From Candidatus Termititenax aidoneus (GTDB lineage: Bacteria > Margulisbacteria > Termititenacia > Termititenacales > Termititenacaceae): DNA of 64,000 nucleotides. The notes under the pieces are model-generated. The model ran no database searches. It was not told where the DNA came from and saw only the letters and a list, made by a program, of their open reading frames with translations. The position numbers and the translations under genes are program-made. The stretch spans positions 49,677 to 113,676 of the forward strand of contig BGZN01000001.1 in assembly GCA_003864455.1 (NCBI GenBank). The letters are read 5' to 3'. Positions 26,085-36,645 of the stretch are shown one piece after another. How positions within the stretch are numbered: position 1 is the first letter of the stretch; the number at the start of each line of letters is the position of its first letter.

Positions 26085-26930
26085 CTATACTTCTATATTG
26101 TCAATCAACCGCGTATTTCCGAGATAAACCGCGGCCAAAATCACTGTCTGCTCCGGCAAATATTCGCGCAGCGCGGAAAGATCATCGCGGCGCAGTATTT
26201 CAATATAATTCACCAGCGTTTCCGGCGCGGCCTGCAGGGTATGCCAGACGGCCAGTTTGACTTCAGCCAAACTCTTGCCCTGCCGCAAAAGCTCCGCGCC
26301 CAGCTTCAGACTGAGCTGCAGCGCTGGAGCACGCCGCCGCTGTTCCGGCGACAAATATTTGTTCCGCGAAGACATCGCCAGACCGTCCGGTTCGCGCACG
26401 ATCGGACAGGCGATTATTTCGACCGGGTATTTTTCCAGCTCGGTCATTTTTTGCACGATGCGCAGCTGCTGATAATCTTTCCGGCCAAAAAAAGCCTTGT
26501 CCGGCCTGACCAGATCAAAGAGCCGCGCGACAACTGTTACCACTCCGTCAAAATGCCCGGGACGGGACACGCCGCAGGCCACGGCAGACAACTTTTCGTC
26601 CGCGCGCAATTGCCGCACCGCGCTGTCCGGCAGATACACTTCGTCCGCGGCCGGCGCAAATAAAATGTCCGGGCGCGCGGCAGACAGCAATTCCTGGTCT
26701 CGCGTCAGGTCGCGCGGATATTTGGCATAGTCCTCCTGCGGACCAAATTGTTTAGGATTAACAAAAATTGAAACGACTACGCTGTCACATGCCTTTTTGG
26801 CCTGCTCGACCAGCGAAAGATGTCCTGTGTGCAAATAACCCATAGTCGGCACAAAACCAATGGTCTTGCCGTTCTTTTTCAATTCGGAAATTTGGGCGGT
26901 GAGCTCCGCGGCGGTTTTGACGAGCAGCAT
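26085..26930 (-). CDS. panC: Pantoate--beta-alanine ligase
   Basis: GFVPTMGYLHTGHLSLV, FVNPKQF, GRKDYQQ. Confidence 0.92.
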   Translation of the reverse strand: MLLVKTAAELTAQISELKKNGKTIGFVPTMGYLHTGHLSLVEQAKKACDSVVVSIFVNPKQFGPQEDYAKYPRDLTRDQELLSAARPDILFAPAADEVYLPDSAVRQLRADEKLSAVACGVSRPGHFDGVVTVVARLFDLVRPDKAFFGRKDYQQLRIVQKMTELEKYPVEIIACPIVREPDGLAMSSRNKYLSPEQRRRAPALQLSLKLGAELLRQGKSLAEVKLAVWHTLQAAPETLVNYIEILRRDDLSALREYLPEQTVILAAVYLGNTRLIDNIEV

Positions 26931-27012
26931 TTATTTTATTTTTTATTGCAAAAACCGCACTATAGCCCAAAAAATGACCGCCAGAATTACGGCCAAAATT
27001 TTTAATTGCAGA

Positions 27013-29157
27013 TTATTGGTTACTATTTTCAGCATTTTCTTTTTCCTGGCGCGCGGCCTTTTTTTCCTCTTCTTTTTTCTTGATATCACACATTATACAC
27101 AATTTTTGCATTTCGCCGGTAGATTTATTTTTGCGCTCGACCAGAAATGCGCCGCAAACCGGACAATTTTCTTTCAGCGGTTTATCGTTGCAGGTAAATG
27201 TGCATTCCGGATACCCCGTGCAGCCGTAAAAAACCTTGCCTTTGAAACGCCCTTTGCTGCCTTTGCGCTCGACGATTTCGCCGCCGCACAATGGGCATTG
27301 CACATCTTCTATTATCTTGGGTATCGATTTAGTATTGCGGCATTCGGGAAATCCTGTGCAGGCGATAAAATCGCCGAAACGTCCGGACTTGATGACCATA
27401 GGCTTGCCGCATTTTTCGCAAATCTCATCGGTCGGCCGGTCTTTGATGCGCATGTCTTCCATTTTTTCTTCCGCCTGTGCCAAATCCTGCTCAAACGGCG
27501 CGTAAAAAGCGCCCAGCATTTTTTGCCAGTCCTGCTGGCCGTCTTCCACTTCATCAAGCTCCTGTTCCATACCGGCTGTAAATCCCACATCGACGATTTT
27601 CGGAAAATGTTTGCGCATCTGTTTGTCTACAGTGAACCCCAGCTCGGTCGGCGCCAGCGCCATACCCTGTTTGTCCACGTAAGCGCGCATTTGCAAAGTG
27701 CCGATGATCAGCGCGTACGTGGCCGGACGGCCGATACCCAGCTCTTCCATCGCTTTGACCAGCGAGGCTTCGGTGTAGCGCGGCGGCGGCTGGGTAAAAC
27801 ATTGCTGCGCGTCGACCGTCTGCACTTTTAAAATCTCGCCCTCGCTTAATTCCGGCAGGAGCGCGGTTTCCTCGCCGGCATTTTTTTCCTCCACGGCCGC
27901 GTACACTTTTAAAAACCCCTGCTCTTTGATGACCGAGCCGGTCGCTTTCAATAAATAATCCTCGGCCTGTATTTCGATCGAGGTCTGGTCGTAAACGGCC
28001 GGTGTCATTTGCGCGGCCGTGAACCGCCGCCAGATCAGCGTGTAGAGTTTTAATTGGTCTGGCGTCAAATATTGCGCCAACATTTCCGGAGTACGCGCCA
28101 CGGCGGTCGGGCGTATAGATTCGTGCGCGTCCTGCGCGGATTTGCTTTGCTTGTAAACATTGGGTTTTTCCGGCAAAAATCCCGCGCCAAAACTATCCCG
28201 AATAAAATCCCGCAGTTCGGCCAAAGCTTGCTCGGCTATTCTTGTCGAGTCCGTACGCATATAGGTAATCAAACCGGTCTGTCCATCGCCGATATCCACG
28301 CCCTCGTAAAGGGTCTGCGCGACCAGCATTGTCCGGCGCGTGTTAAAGCCCAGTTTATTCGCGGCCTCCTGCTGCAAAGTACTGGTAATAAAAGGCGCTT
28401 TGGGATTTTTGCGCCGCTCGCTGCGTTTGACGCTGGCCACTTTGGATTCGCTGGACAAGATCGTCTGTTTAATTTTTTCCGCTTCCGCCGCATTGGGCAC
28501 AATGAAATCCTGGATTTTCTCCACAGTGTTAAAAACTTTCGCCTTAAAAATTGTGTCTTTTTGATACTGTGCCTCGATATTCCAGTATTCCTGCGGCGTA
28601 AATTGCTTGATCAATTCCTCGCGCTCGCAGATCAGATGCATCGCGGCGGACTGCACCCGTCCGGCGGACAGCCGCGGTTTGACTCTTTTCCAGAGCAGCG
28701 GCGAAATTTTGTAGCCCACCAGCCTGTCCAATAAGCGCCGCGCCTGCTGAGCGTTGACGCGGTTCATATCAATAGTCCGCGCTTTTTGAAAAGAATTTAG
28801 CACGGCGTTTTTGGTGATCTCGTTAAATTCGATGCGCTCAAATTTTTCTGGCGGCAGATTGAGCGCCTGCACTAGATGCCAGGCTATCGACTCGCCCTCG
28901 CGGTCTGGGTCGGGCGCTAGGAAAATTTTTTCAGCTTTGGCGGCGTGCTGTTTCAATTCTTTGAGTAGTTTGCTTTTGCCTTTGATGACGCAGTAGCTCG
29001 GCTCAAAATCATGCTCAATGTCGATAGCCAGACGGCTTTTGGGCAGATTGCGCAAATGCCCCATTGAAGCCACGACTTTATAATCTTTGCCCAGATATTT
29101 TTCCAGAGTTTTAGATTTGGCCGGCGATTCGACGATCACCAGATATTTGTACGCCAT
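27013..29157 (-). CDS. topA: DNA topoisomerase I
   Basis: TOPRIM LVIVESPAKSKTLEKYLG, active-site region GLITYMRTDSTR, three C-terminal Cys4 zinc ribbons (CEKCGKPM, CPLCGGEI, CPVCGA). Confidence 0.95.
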   Translation of the reverse strand: MAYKYLVIVESPAKSKTLEKYLGKDYKVVASMGHLRNLPKSRLAIDIEHDFEPSYCVIKGKSKLLKELKQHAAKAEKIFLAPDPDREGESIAWHLVQALNLPPEKFERIEFNEITKNAVLNSFQKARTIDMNRVNAQQARRLLDRLVGYKISPLLWKRVKPRLSAGRVQSAAMHLICEREELIKQFTPQEYWNIEAQYQKDTIFKAKVFNTVEKIQDFIVPNAAEAEKIKQTILSSESKVASVKRSERRKNPKAPFITSTLQQEAANKLGFNTRRTMLVAQTLYEGVDIGDGQTGLITYMRTDSTRIAEQALAELRDFIRDSFGAGFLPEKPNVYKQSKSAQDAHESIRPTAVARTPEMLAQYLTPDQLKLYTLIWRRFTAAQMTPAVYDQTSIEIQAEDYLLKATGSVIKEQGFLKVYAAVEEKNAGEETALLPELSEGEILKVQTVDAQQCFTQPPPRYTEASLVKAMEELGIGRPATYALIIGTLQMRAYVDKQGMALAPTELGFTVDKQMRKHFPKIVDVGFTAGMEQELDEVEDGQQDWQKMLGAFYAPFEQDLAQAEEKMEDMRIKDRPTDEICEKCGKPMVIKSGRFGDFIACTGFPECRNTKSIPKIIEDVQCPLCGGEIVERKGSKGRFKGKVFYGCTGYPECTFTCNDKPLKENCPVCGAFLVERKNKSTGEMQKLCIMCDIKKKEEEKKAARQEKENAENSNQ

Positions 29158-29177
29158 ACGCTAACCCCCGCGCATAC

Positions 29178-29205
29178 TCTATAAGGAAAAAGAGAGGGTT
29201 GTCAA
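29178..29205 (-). promoter_or_regulatory. Candidate sigma-70 promoter of topA (TTGACA-16-TATAGA)
   Basis: Minus strand TTGACA (29205-29200), 16-nt spacer, TATAGA (29183-29178), about 20 nt upstream of the ATG. Confidence 0.45.
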
Positions 29206-29292
29206 GTAAACCGAAAAACTTCTCCGCTATTCCGACCTCTGCCTGCCCCCTCACCAGCCGCACCTCGCCAGGCCGCAACCAGAGAAATTATA

Positions 29293-29487
29293 TTAAAAAT
29301 GGTGTTTAATCCCTGCTTGTTTCATAATGGCGTTTGCTGTGTGACGGGATTTTATTTTACTATCAACAGGAAAATAATGATTGGTAATTGGGCTGTACCA
29401 TATATCGTGGTCGCCTTTACCGTGGCGGTGAAAAGCACAGTTATTTTCTTTTAACTTCTCGCGGACTTTTTTCTCAAACTCGGCCAT
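29293..29487 (-). CDS. hicA: HicA-family toxin
   Basis: 64 aa, KLKENNCAFHRHGKGDHDIWYSP, typical HicA/YcfA (H..GS.H). Confidence 0.7.
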   Translation of the reverse strand: MAEFEKKVREKLKENNCAFHRHGKGDHDIWYSPITNHYFPVDSKIKSRHTANAIMKQAGIKHHF

Positions 29488-29489
29488 AA

Positions 29490-29702
29490 TTAGGCTACTA
29501 ACGCTTCTCGTTCGGCATGAAAGAGCAATTTAGCGCTGCGTTTTTGAGAATTTAACTCTAGGATTTCCGGCACGGCAAGTTTGACCCGCTCGATTAAAGC
29601 ATCAAGCGACCCGGCTTCCAGTGCAATAGGCAACTCGTCATTTCTGGCCAGCCAGACTTGAGCTTCATCGTCCCAAGTAAAAGATATATTATATTCTGAC
29701 AT
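29490..29702 (-). CDS. hicB: HicB-like (DUF1902-type) antitoxin
   Basis: 70 aa, YNISFTWDDEAQVWLARNDELPIALEAGSLDALIERVK. Ends 2 nt upstream of hicA. Confidence 0.6.
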   Translation of the reverse strand: MSEYNISFTWDDEAQVWLARNDELPIALEAGSLDALIERVKLAVPEILELNSQKRSAKLLFHAEREALVA

Positions 29703-29804
29703 ATTAATCTCCTGGTTAGAATTATATCATATCAACAAGTCTTAGTCTGGAGATAAAAAGGCGATGCCGCCGCTTGTCAAGTTATGGGGATTGTCGCCGG
29801 TTTT

Positions 29805-30866
29805 TCAGGCTGTCAAACGAGCGTAATAATTTTCTAATTTAGCGGCTTGTTTGCGCAGATTGAATTGCGTCTCGACCAGGCGGCGGCCGTACTCCGCGTA
29901 CTCCGGCCAGCGTTCCGGCGCGGAGAGCAGTTTCACGATATTTGCCGCCAGAGCGTCCGCGTCTCGCTCCGGAGCGAGCAAACCATTTTTGCCCTCGTGG
30001 ACTATTTCCGGTATACCAGAATGACGGGTGGCCAGCAGCGGCCGACCGATCGCCGCCGCCTCGATCAGCACAGTCGGCAGGCCTTCGCTGTCGCCGCTGC
30101 GCGCCGTAATGGACGGCGACATAAAAATATGGCATTTTTTTATTTCCTCGATATACTCCGCGTGGCTGTGGCCGCCCAAAAACTCAACTTGAGAATTAAA
30201 AGCCGAACTCTCAACTTCTTGTTTTAACTCCGGCGCCAGCCCGCCCGCGCCGATGATTTTCAGGCGCAGATTAGGATACCGCAGCGCAGTTTTTAAAAAA
30301 GCGCGTATGCCGTAAATAAAACCTTTTTTCTCCACAAAACGCCCGCACATGAGTATCTGTACCGGCTGATTTTCCGGATAAGCGTTAAAAACATAAGGAA
30401 ATTTAGCCGGGTCTGCGCCGCCGTAAACTACTGCCACTTTATCCGCCGGCGCGCCTAGTTTGAGCAGATCGCCGCGCATTTTTTGCGAGCAGGCCAGAAA
30501 TAAGCTTCCGCGTTTGAATAACCGGCGCAGTTGCCAGCGGTACACCGGATTGCGCGTGTGCTGATAGACGTCCAGCCCGTAAAAACTGGTAATCAGCGGC
30601 ACGGGCAGTTTCTGCAAAAAACCGAGCGCCGAGACGCCGACATAGCCGTAATGCGCGTGAATCAACTGCACCCCGTCCTCCAGTATGGCCTGTCGCAAAT
30701 ATTTTTCTGTCCCGATGCGGCATTGCGCATAAGGGAAAATTTCCGCATTGCGGCGCTGCCAGGCGTACACGACAGTCTCTGTGTTTTGCATAAGACGCAG
30801 CGGCTCGTAAATAAAAGTTTCGGACAGGTCTAAAAACCGCGCGGTGTAGAGAGCGATTTTAGGCAT
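29805..30866 (-). CDS. Glycosyltransferase, GT4 family
   Basis: C-terminal E-x7-E region SEGLPTVLIEAAAIGRPLLATRHSGIPEIV. Start trimmed to ATG 30866 (MPKIALYT...), overlapping the upstream stop by 8 nt. Confidence 0.8.
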   Translation of the reverse strand: MPKIALYTARFLDLSETFIYEPLRLMQNTETVVYAWQRRNAEIFPYAQCRIGTEKYLRQAILEDGVQLIHAHYGYVGVSALGFLQKLPVPLITSFYGLDVYQHTRNPVYRWQLRRLFKRGSLFLACSQKMRGDLLKLGAPADKVAVVYGGADPAKFPYVFNAYPENQPVQILMCGRFVEKKGFIYGIRAFLKTALRYPNLRLKIIGAGGLAPELKQEVESSAFNSQVEFLGGHSHAEYIEEIKKCHIFMSPSITARSGDSEGLPTVLIEAAAIGRPLLATRHSGIPEIVHEGKNGLLAPERDADALAANIVKLLSAPERWPEYAEYGRRLVETQFNLRKQAAKLENYYARLTA

Positions 30867-32589
30867 TTTCTTCTTTGGCTTTTTGCAGTTTATACAGTTT
30901 TTGGTAAAGCGGACAGGTTTGCAGTAATTCCGCATGTTTGCCGATGGCGATGATGCGGCCGTCCTCCAGCACCGCGATGCGGTCGGCATTGACTATCGTG
31001 GACAGGCGGTGCGCGATCACAAAAGTCGTGCGGCTGCGCATCAGATTTTCCAGAGCCTGCTGCACCAGTTTTTCGGACTCATTGTCGAGAGCCGAAGTCG
31101 CTTCGTCGAGGATCAAAATTTTAGGGTCGCTCAAGATTGCCCGGGCGATCGCCACGCGCTGTTTCTGTCCGCCGGAGAGACGCACGCCGCGTTCGCCGAC
31201 GTAGGTCAGGTAGCCGGACGGGAACAATTTTATAAAACTGTCGGCATTGGCCATGCGCGCGGCCTGTTCGATCTCGGACTGCGTGGCGTCCGTTTTGCCG
31301 TAGGCGATATTTTCCCGTATCGTGCCGCTGAATAAAATCGTCTCCTGCGTGACAATACCGATCTGGCTGCGCAGCGAATTAAAAGAATATTCTTTTACAT
31401 CCAGCCCGTCGATCAGCAGGCGTCCCGAGGTCGCGTCGTAGAAACGCGGCAGGAGATTGACCAGTGTGGTTTTGCCGCCGCCCGACGGCCCGACCAGCGC
31501 GAGCACTTCGCCGGTGCGGACTTCCAACTCGATATTTTTGAGCACCAGGCCGTTGGCCGGCGTGTAAGCAAAACTCAAATCCTGAAATTGCACCTGTCCG
31601 GTGATATTTTTTTTCTGCGGCCGCGCCGCTTCTTTGACCGTTGGTTCGGTTTCCAACAGTTCAAAAATCCGGCCTAGGGCTACTTCGGCCTGCTGTTGTT
31701 TCACGCTGATTTTGCCGAAAATCGTCACCGGATTGACCAGCATGCCCAGACCCAGACAAAACGCGATAAAATTGCCGACCGTGATATGGCCTTCTATTAT
31801 CTGAACGCCGCCGATCATGAAAATCACCATGATCATCGAGATTTGCAGCATGAATAAAATCGGTTCTTGCAAAGCGTACAGACGCGCGCCTTTCATGCTG
31901 ATCCAAAATGACCGCTCATTTTCTTTGGTGTAATTGTCAATCTCTTTATTTTCCGCGGCAAAAGCCTTGATAATGCTGATGCCGTAAATCGATTCCTGCA
32001 GCACCGAAGCTAAATCGGCCAATTTGCGCTGATTGTATTTACTGATGCGTCTCATGCGTCTGGTAAAAAGCTGGATCAAAAAAGCGAAAAGCGGCAAAGT
32101 AATCAGCGTGATTAGCAGCAGCGGCCAGCTTAAAACGCTGAGATAAATCAGAACGCCGACAAAAGTAAATAATTCCGGCAGCAGGGTCACCACATTGGAC
32201 ACAAAAACGCCCTGCACCACCTGCAAATCGTTGGTCGAACGGGACATGATTTCGCCGATTTTCCATTTGTTGAAAAAATCCATGGAAAGCCGCTGCAAAT
32301 GTTCGTACATTTTGAGGCGCAGGCGCATGACCAGACGCTGGCCAATCCATTCCATATTGTAAGTCTGCGCGTAAGAAGTCAGCGAACGGACTAAAGCCAG
32401 AGTCAGTCCGGCGCAAATCCGGTAAATAAAAAGCCCCACCCGTCCGCGTTCGATGTCGTAACTCAATTCTTTGACCAGCGCCAGAAAATACATATTGGCC
32501 ACGGCAAACAAAAAAACGTTGACGAGCACGACCAGACAGCGTCCCCAGTGCTCGCGGAAATACGGCCAGAGTTTTAAATATAGTTTCAT
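30859..32589 (-). CDS. ABC transporter permease/ATPase, MsbA-like lipid exporter
   Basis: Six-TM N-terminal half. Walker A GPSGGGKTT, signature LSGGQKQR, Walker B ILILDEATSALD. Sits in an LPS-related operon. Confidence 0.85.
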   Translation of the reverse strand: MKLYLKLWPYFREHWGRCLVVLVNVFLFAVANMYFLALVKELSYDIERGRVGLFIYRICAGLTLALVRSLTSYAQTYNMEWIGQRLVMRLRLKMYEHLQRLSMDFFNKWKIGEIMSRSTNDLQVVQGVFVSNVVTLLPELFTFVGVLIYLSVLSWPLLLITLITLPLFAFLIQLFTRRMRRISKYNQRKLADLASVLQESIYGISIIKAFAAENKEIDNYTKENERSFWISMKGARLYALQEPILFMLQISMIMVIFMIGGVQIIEGHITVGNFIAFCLGLGMLVNPVTIFGKISVKQQQAEVALGRIFELLETEPTVKEAARPQKKNITGQVQFQDLSFAYTPANGLVLKNIELEVRTGEVLALVGPSGGGKTTLVNLLPRFYDATSGRLLIDGLDVKEYSFNSLRSQIGIVTQETILFSGTIRENIAYGKTDATQSEIEQAARMANADSFIKLFPSGYLTYVGERGVRLSGGQKQRVAIARAILSDPKILILDEATSALDNESEKLVQQALENLMRSRTTFVIAHRLSTIVNADRIAVLEDGRIIAIGKHAELLQTCPLYQKLYKLQKAKEENA

Positions 32590-33425
32590 TATCTACCCTT
32601 TATATAACGCCGGATAGCGTCCTGCCAAGCCGGTATTTTTAGAGCAAAAGTTTCCTGCGTCTTGCGCAGGTCGAGCACGGAGTAAGCCGGACGCCGGGCC
32701 GGACGCGGAAACTCCGCCGTGGCGCAGGGCTGCACCGGCACAGCGATATTCAGCAGATCAAAAAATTCGCGCGTGAAACCATACCAGGTCGTCTCGCCGC
32801 TGTTGGTGAAATGATAAATGCCGTAATCTCGGCAGGTCAAAAATAAAATCAAAACTTCGACCAGATCATCGACAAAAGTCGGTGCGCCGCGCTGGTCGTC
32901 GACGACTTTGAGCGCGGCATTGGTCTGCGCCAATTTGAGCAGCGTTTCCACAAAATTTTTGCCGTTATGTCCGTACAGCCAGGCCGTGCGCACGATAAAA
33001 AATTTCGGCGTTTTTTGCACCAGACGTTCGCCCTCGGCTTTGGTCTGGCCGTAAACAGACAGCGGAGCGGTTGGCTCGTCCGGCAAATACGGTTTTGACG
33101 CGGCGCCGGAGAAAACATAATCCGTGCTGATCTGCAAAATCGGAATGTCCAACTCCGCGGCCAGTTCAGCCAAATTTCCAGCAGCCAGGGCATTGACCGC
33201 GCGCGCCTTTTCCGGCTCGCTTTCGCAGAGGTCGACATTAGTAAACGCGGCGCAGTTATAGATAAAATCCGGCGCGGCCGCGCGCAAATAATTTTTCACC
33301 GCGGTAAACTGCAGCAAATCCTGCTCCGGCAAATCGAGCGGCAGGACAGTGTGTCCGAGCGTTGTCAGACGCCGCGCCAGCACACTGGCCAGCATGCCTT
33401 TGGCGCCGGTTACCGCGATTTTCAT
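32589..33425 (-). CDS. rfbD: dTDP-4-dehydrorhamnose reductase
   Basis: MKIAVTGAKGMLAS, YGQTKAEGE (YxxxK), 278 aa. Confidence 0.8.
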   Translation of the reverse strand: MKIAVTGAKGMLASVLARRLTTLGHTVLPLDLPEQDLLQFTAVKNYLRAAAPDFIYNCAAFTNVDLCESEPEKARAVNALAAGNLAELAAELDIPILQISTDYVFSGAASKPYLPDEPTAPLSVYGQTKAEGERLVQKTPKFFIVRTAWLYGHNGKNFVETLLKLAQTNAALKVVDDQRGAPTFVDDLVEVLILFLTCRDYGIYHFTNSGETTWYGFTREFFDLLNIAVPVQPCATAEFPRPARRPAYSVLDLRKTQETFALKIPAWQDAIRRYIKGR

Positions 33426-34495
33426 TGCAGTATCTCCTGAAAATAAGCGGCGATTTTTTGCGCGCCGGGGCGTCCGACTGATTGCGGCAGCTCCTCGTGC
33501 ATTTTCCGGCGCGCCGCGCTGTCCAGCAAAATTTTTTCCGCTGCCGCCGCGACCTGCTGCGGAGTTAAAACGCCGGTTAATTCCGGCACGATTTTCCGTC
33601 CGGCTTTGAGATTGGGTATAGAAATAAAAGGCAGACGCCGCGCGGCCAGTCTGATCAAAAGTTTTTTCAAAGGGCGTCCCAGCCAGGGCAGTTCCGACAA
33701 CAAACCCGCCAGGCCGCCAAACGGCACTAGCTCCGGATAATTAAAAGGCAGAAGTATCAAAAGCGGTATACCCAGCGCGGCGTTGAGCGCGGTGTTTGTG
33801 CCGGTGATAGAGATAATCAGATCGTATTTTTCATTTTCTTTTTCGTAAGGCGCTGGAAAACGCTGCGGAAAATCCCGTTCGGCCAAACGGCGCAATTCCG
33901 GCTTGATGCCCCAGCGGAAATTGAGCGCCGGATATTTTTCGGAAAGCAAGGCGGCCGTCGCGCTGAAAAAAGGCAGCAGCGCGCGCAGGTGTTTTAAGCG
34001 GCTGCCCGGATACAACCCGACAGTCGTCTGGCCGGAATCCGGCATTGTGTTTTGATAAGCCAGTTTTCTTTCTAGCGCGGCATCGACCATGAGATTGCCG
34101 TCCGCATCGCGCGAAAATAATTTTTTAAACCAGCGTTTGTGCGTAACTTTGCCTTCGTCGTAGCCGTACAGCGCGAATTTATATTTTTTGGCCAGACGGT
34201 AAGCGTGCCAGCTGTCGCCGCCGCCGTAAAAAACAATTCCTCCGGCCGCCGGCTGATAATTGGCCGGCCAGGTTTTGCGGAAAATATATTTGCGGTATTC
34301 GCTCACGGAAAAAACCCGGTCAAAGAGTCCGCTGGCTTGAGCGGCCGCGGCTTCCGTGCCGGCGCTAAACTGGCAGGGCACGACATACAAAGTGTAAATC
34401 ACTTCGGGATACTGACGGCGCAAAGCTTTGACCAGCGGAAAAATCAGACCGTTCAATTCTCCCGGGCCGTTGACCGTCAAAACAATTTCTTTCAT
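33422..34495 (-). CDS. Lipid-A-disaccharide synthase (LpxB)-like glycosyltransferase
   Basis: N-terminal NGPGELNG resembles the LpxB GEPSGD motif, with a size and C-terminal Rossmann-like half typical of GT19. The call is tentative. Confidence 0.5.
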   Translation of the reverse strand: MKEIVLTVNGPGELNGLIFPLVKALRRQYPEVIYTLYVVPCQFSAGTEAAAAQASGLFDRVFSVSEYRKYIFRKTWPANYQPAAGGIVFYGGGDSWHAYRLAKKYKFALYGYDEGKVTHKRWFKKLFSRDADGNLMVDAALERKLAYQNTMPDSGQTTVGLYPGSRLKHLRALLPFFSATAALLSEKYPALNFRWGIKPELRRLAERDFPQRFPAPYEKENEKYDLIISITGTNTALNAALGIPLLILLPFNYPELVPFGGLAGLLSELPWLGRPLKKLLIRLAARRLPFISIPNLKAGRKIVPELTGVLTPQQVAAAAEKILLDSAARRKMHEELPQSVGRPGAQKIAAYFQEILQ

Positions 34496-35842
34496 TTAAT
34501 TAAACATCCTGCCCAGCATTTTGGTAATTTTGGCGCGGTCAGTGCTGATTTCAGTATACCATTGATCGTTCAAAAAAACAGGCAAAATATCCACAGCGGC
34601 CAATTTTTTGCCGTAAACAAAATAACGCGCGATGACGCCCTCGCGGGTGTCGCCTGACCAGGTCTGATCAAAAATCAAATTGCCGAGGCCGTAAGAAATT
34701 GCCGCGCCGCCGCGAAAATCCGCCTTTTGCACCCAATGCGCCTGATCGCCGGCCACGATCTGCACATTTTGCGCGGCCAGCCACTCGCCCCAGGTTTGCT
34801 GAAATTTGTTGGGACGGGCGGTGTACTCGTCGCCCCAATTGCACATAACAATGACGAGATCGGCAGCCGCGCGCGCTTGAAGGATAGCCTGCGCCAGACG
34901 TTCACGCAAAAAAGACGCGACATGATACACAATTTCCGCGCCGCGCAGATCCGTGTCGCGGTAATAATTCGGCCCGACGGAGTTTACCGCTAGAAAAGCC
35001 ACGCGCAAATCGCCGAGCTGCACAAAACGCGGCTCGTAAGCGTCGGCTAATTCCTGCGCCACGCCGGTGTACTGGATTTGCAATTTATCCAGGACGTCCA
35101 GCGTGTCGCGTATGCCGATGGCGCCGGCGTCGCCGATATGATTGCCGGCCACGGAAACCAAATCAATACCCGCCTGCCGCAGGCTCTCGGCATAACGTGC
35201 CTGCCCGTAAAGCTTCAGGCGGTCTTTGGGCTTGCTGTAATTGTAAACCAGCGGCGACTTGAGATTGACGATAGACAGGTCGGCCGCGCGAAAAACCGGC
35301 GTTATCCCCTGCCACGGATAGTTGACATCACCGGTCATATCGATCACATTACCTATGCCGCGCGACAGCACCACCGTTCCGCCAATCGTGATATTTTTGA
35401 TTTGGCGCGCGTCAAAGCGCGGCTGCTTGTCCCAGCGCCAGACAGACAGACGCCAGGGGTACTCGCGCGGATTTTCCCAAAAATACAGGCCGTCCAGACG
35501 CAAAGTGCGCCAGGAAATATCGGCATAATGCCAGGGCACGAGCGCCAGCGCGTCCGGTTTGTCGCGCAAAAAACGCCGCAGTTCCGGCAAGTCGTCAGCC
35601 ACAATGATGTCTCCGGCCGCCACGCCGCCGCGCCGGATACGTCCGCGCCAGTTTTTCAAAACGATCAGAGAAATTTCGCCGTCCGCGATCTTTTGCAGCT
35701 CGGCCGCGCGCAGATCGTAAAACTCGCTGCTCTGATCAGCCACGCACAAAAGCGGCACGCTGACCAAAAACAAACGCAAAAAAAGCCCGTAGAGCAAAAC
35801 GGCCAAAATAGTCAGCGTCAGATACTTGCGCGGAATTTTCAT
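34496..35842 (-). CDS. CapA-family metallophosphatase-like membrane-anchored protein
   Basis: N-terminal TM helix, VSVAGNHIGDAG and WGDEY blocks typical of CapA/PGA_cap. Start trimmed to ATG 35842 (ATGA overlap with the tatC stop). Confidence 0.7.
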   Translation of the reverse strand: MKIPRKYLTLTILAVLLYGLFLRLFLVSVPLLCVADQSSEFYDLRAAELQKIADGEISLIVLKNWRGRIRRGGVAAGDIIVADDLPELRRFLRDKPDALALVPWHYADISWRTLRLDGLYFWENPREYPWRLSVWRWDKQPRFDARQIKNITIGGTVVLSRGIGNVIDMTGDVNYPWQGITPVFRAADLSIVNLKSPLVYNYSKPKDRLKLYGQARYAESLRQAGIDLVSVAGNHIGDAGAIGIRDTLDVLDKLQIQYTGVAQELADAYEPRFVQLGDLRVAFLAVNSVGPNYYRDTDLRGAEIVYHVASFLRERLAQAILQARAAADLVIVMCNWGDEYTARPNKFQQTWGEWLAAQNVQIVAGDQAHWVQKADFRGGAAISYGLGNLIFDQTWSGDTREGVIARYFVYGKKLAAVDILPVFLNDQWYTEISTDRAKITKMLGRMFN

Positions 35843-36636
35843 TTCTTCCGGCGCTTGGCCTTTGGGGAACGGACACCGCGCTTGATTTTTTTCGGCTTGG
35901 CCTGGTGTACCGGTTTTTTTAGTTTGGGCTGGCCTGCCGCTTTTGGGGGCTGTTCCCAGCAAACCGCTTTTGCCGCAGTCCGCCATTCTTTGTACCGGCA
36001 GTACTGGATAGACAATTCAAACAGCAGATAAAACGGCAAGGCGACGACCAGTTGGCTGATTACGTCGGGCGGCGTAACGATAGCGCCAATAATCACCGAC
36101 GCTAGGACTACCATACGGCGCAGCCGGCCTATGTCCTGCACTTTTAAGATATTCAAGCTATGCAAAACGACGACCAGCAAAGGCACTTGAAAAATCAAAA
36201 AGAAGATCAGCAAATTGGTAATCACAAAGCCGGTCAGATAATTTAAGCTCCACATGCTATGCAACTGCAGCAAATGCGAAAAACTGTCAAAGTACGGAAT
36301 AAAAATTTTGATCGCCAAAAACCAGCCAAAAACACTGCCGGCAAGCCCCAGCGTAAAACTGATCGGCACATAAAACAGCAATCGCTGTTCATGTTCGTAC
36401 AAAGCCGGCCGCACATAACTTATAATGAATAGCAAAATCAGCGGCAGACAAACGATCAACATCAGCAGCAAAGTCAACTGCATAATATTCATCACGGCTT
36501 CCACCGGCGACAAAGTGGCCACTGTCACGGCGTAATTTGCGGACAAAAAATCCACGAACCATTGCAGCATATGAATAGAACACCAAAAACCGAGACAAAA
36601 AAGCCCCGTCAAAATTAGGATTATTAAAAGAAGCAT
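35839..36636 (-). CDS. tatC: Twin-arginine translocase subunit TatC
   Basis: Six predicted TM helices, downstream of tatA. Has a Lys/Pro-rich basic C-terminal tail and a short N-terminus. Confidence 0.8.
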   Translation of the reverse strand: MLLLIILILTGLFCLGFWCSIHMLQWFVDFLSANYAVTVATLSPVEAVMNIMQLTLLLMLIVCLPLILLFIISYVRPALYEHEQRLLFYVPISFTLGLAGSVFGWFLAIKIFIPYFDSFSHLLQLHSMWSLNYLTGFVITNLLIFFLIFQVPLLVVVLHSLNILKVQDIGRLRRMVVLASVIIGAIVTPPDVISQLVVALPFYLLFELSIQYCRYKEWRTAAKAVCWEQPPKAAGQPKLKKPVHQAKPKKIKRGVRSPKAKRRKK

Positions 36637-36645
36637 AAATCCAAT

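Noticed and set aside
29198-29786. Shared TTGTCAAGT 9-mer on both sides of the hicAB cassette (29198-29209 and 29775-29786) as an insertion scar
   Set aside because: Both are the reverse complement of a TTGACA -35 box; the left one fits the topA promoter. The similarity does not extend convincingly beyond the hexamer context.
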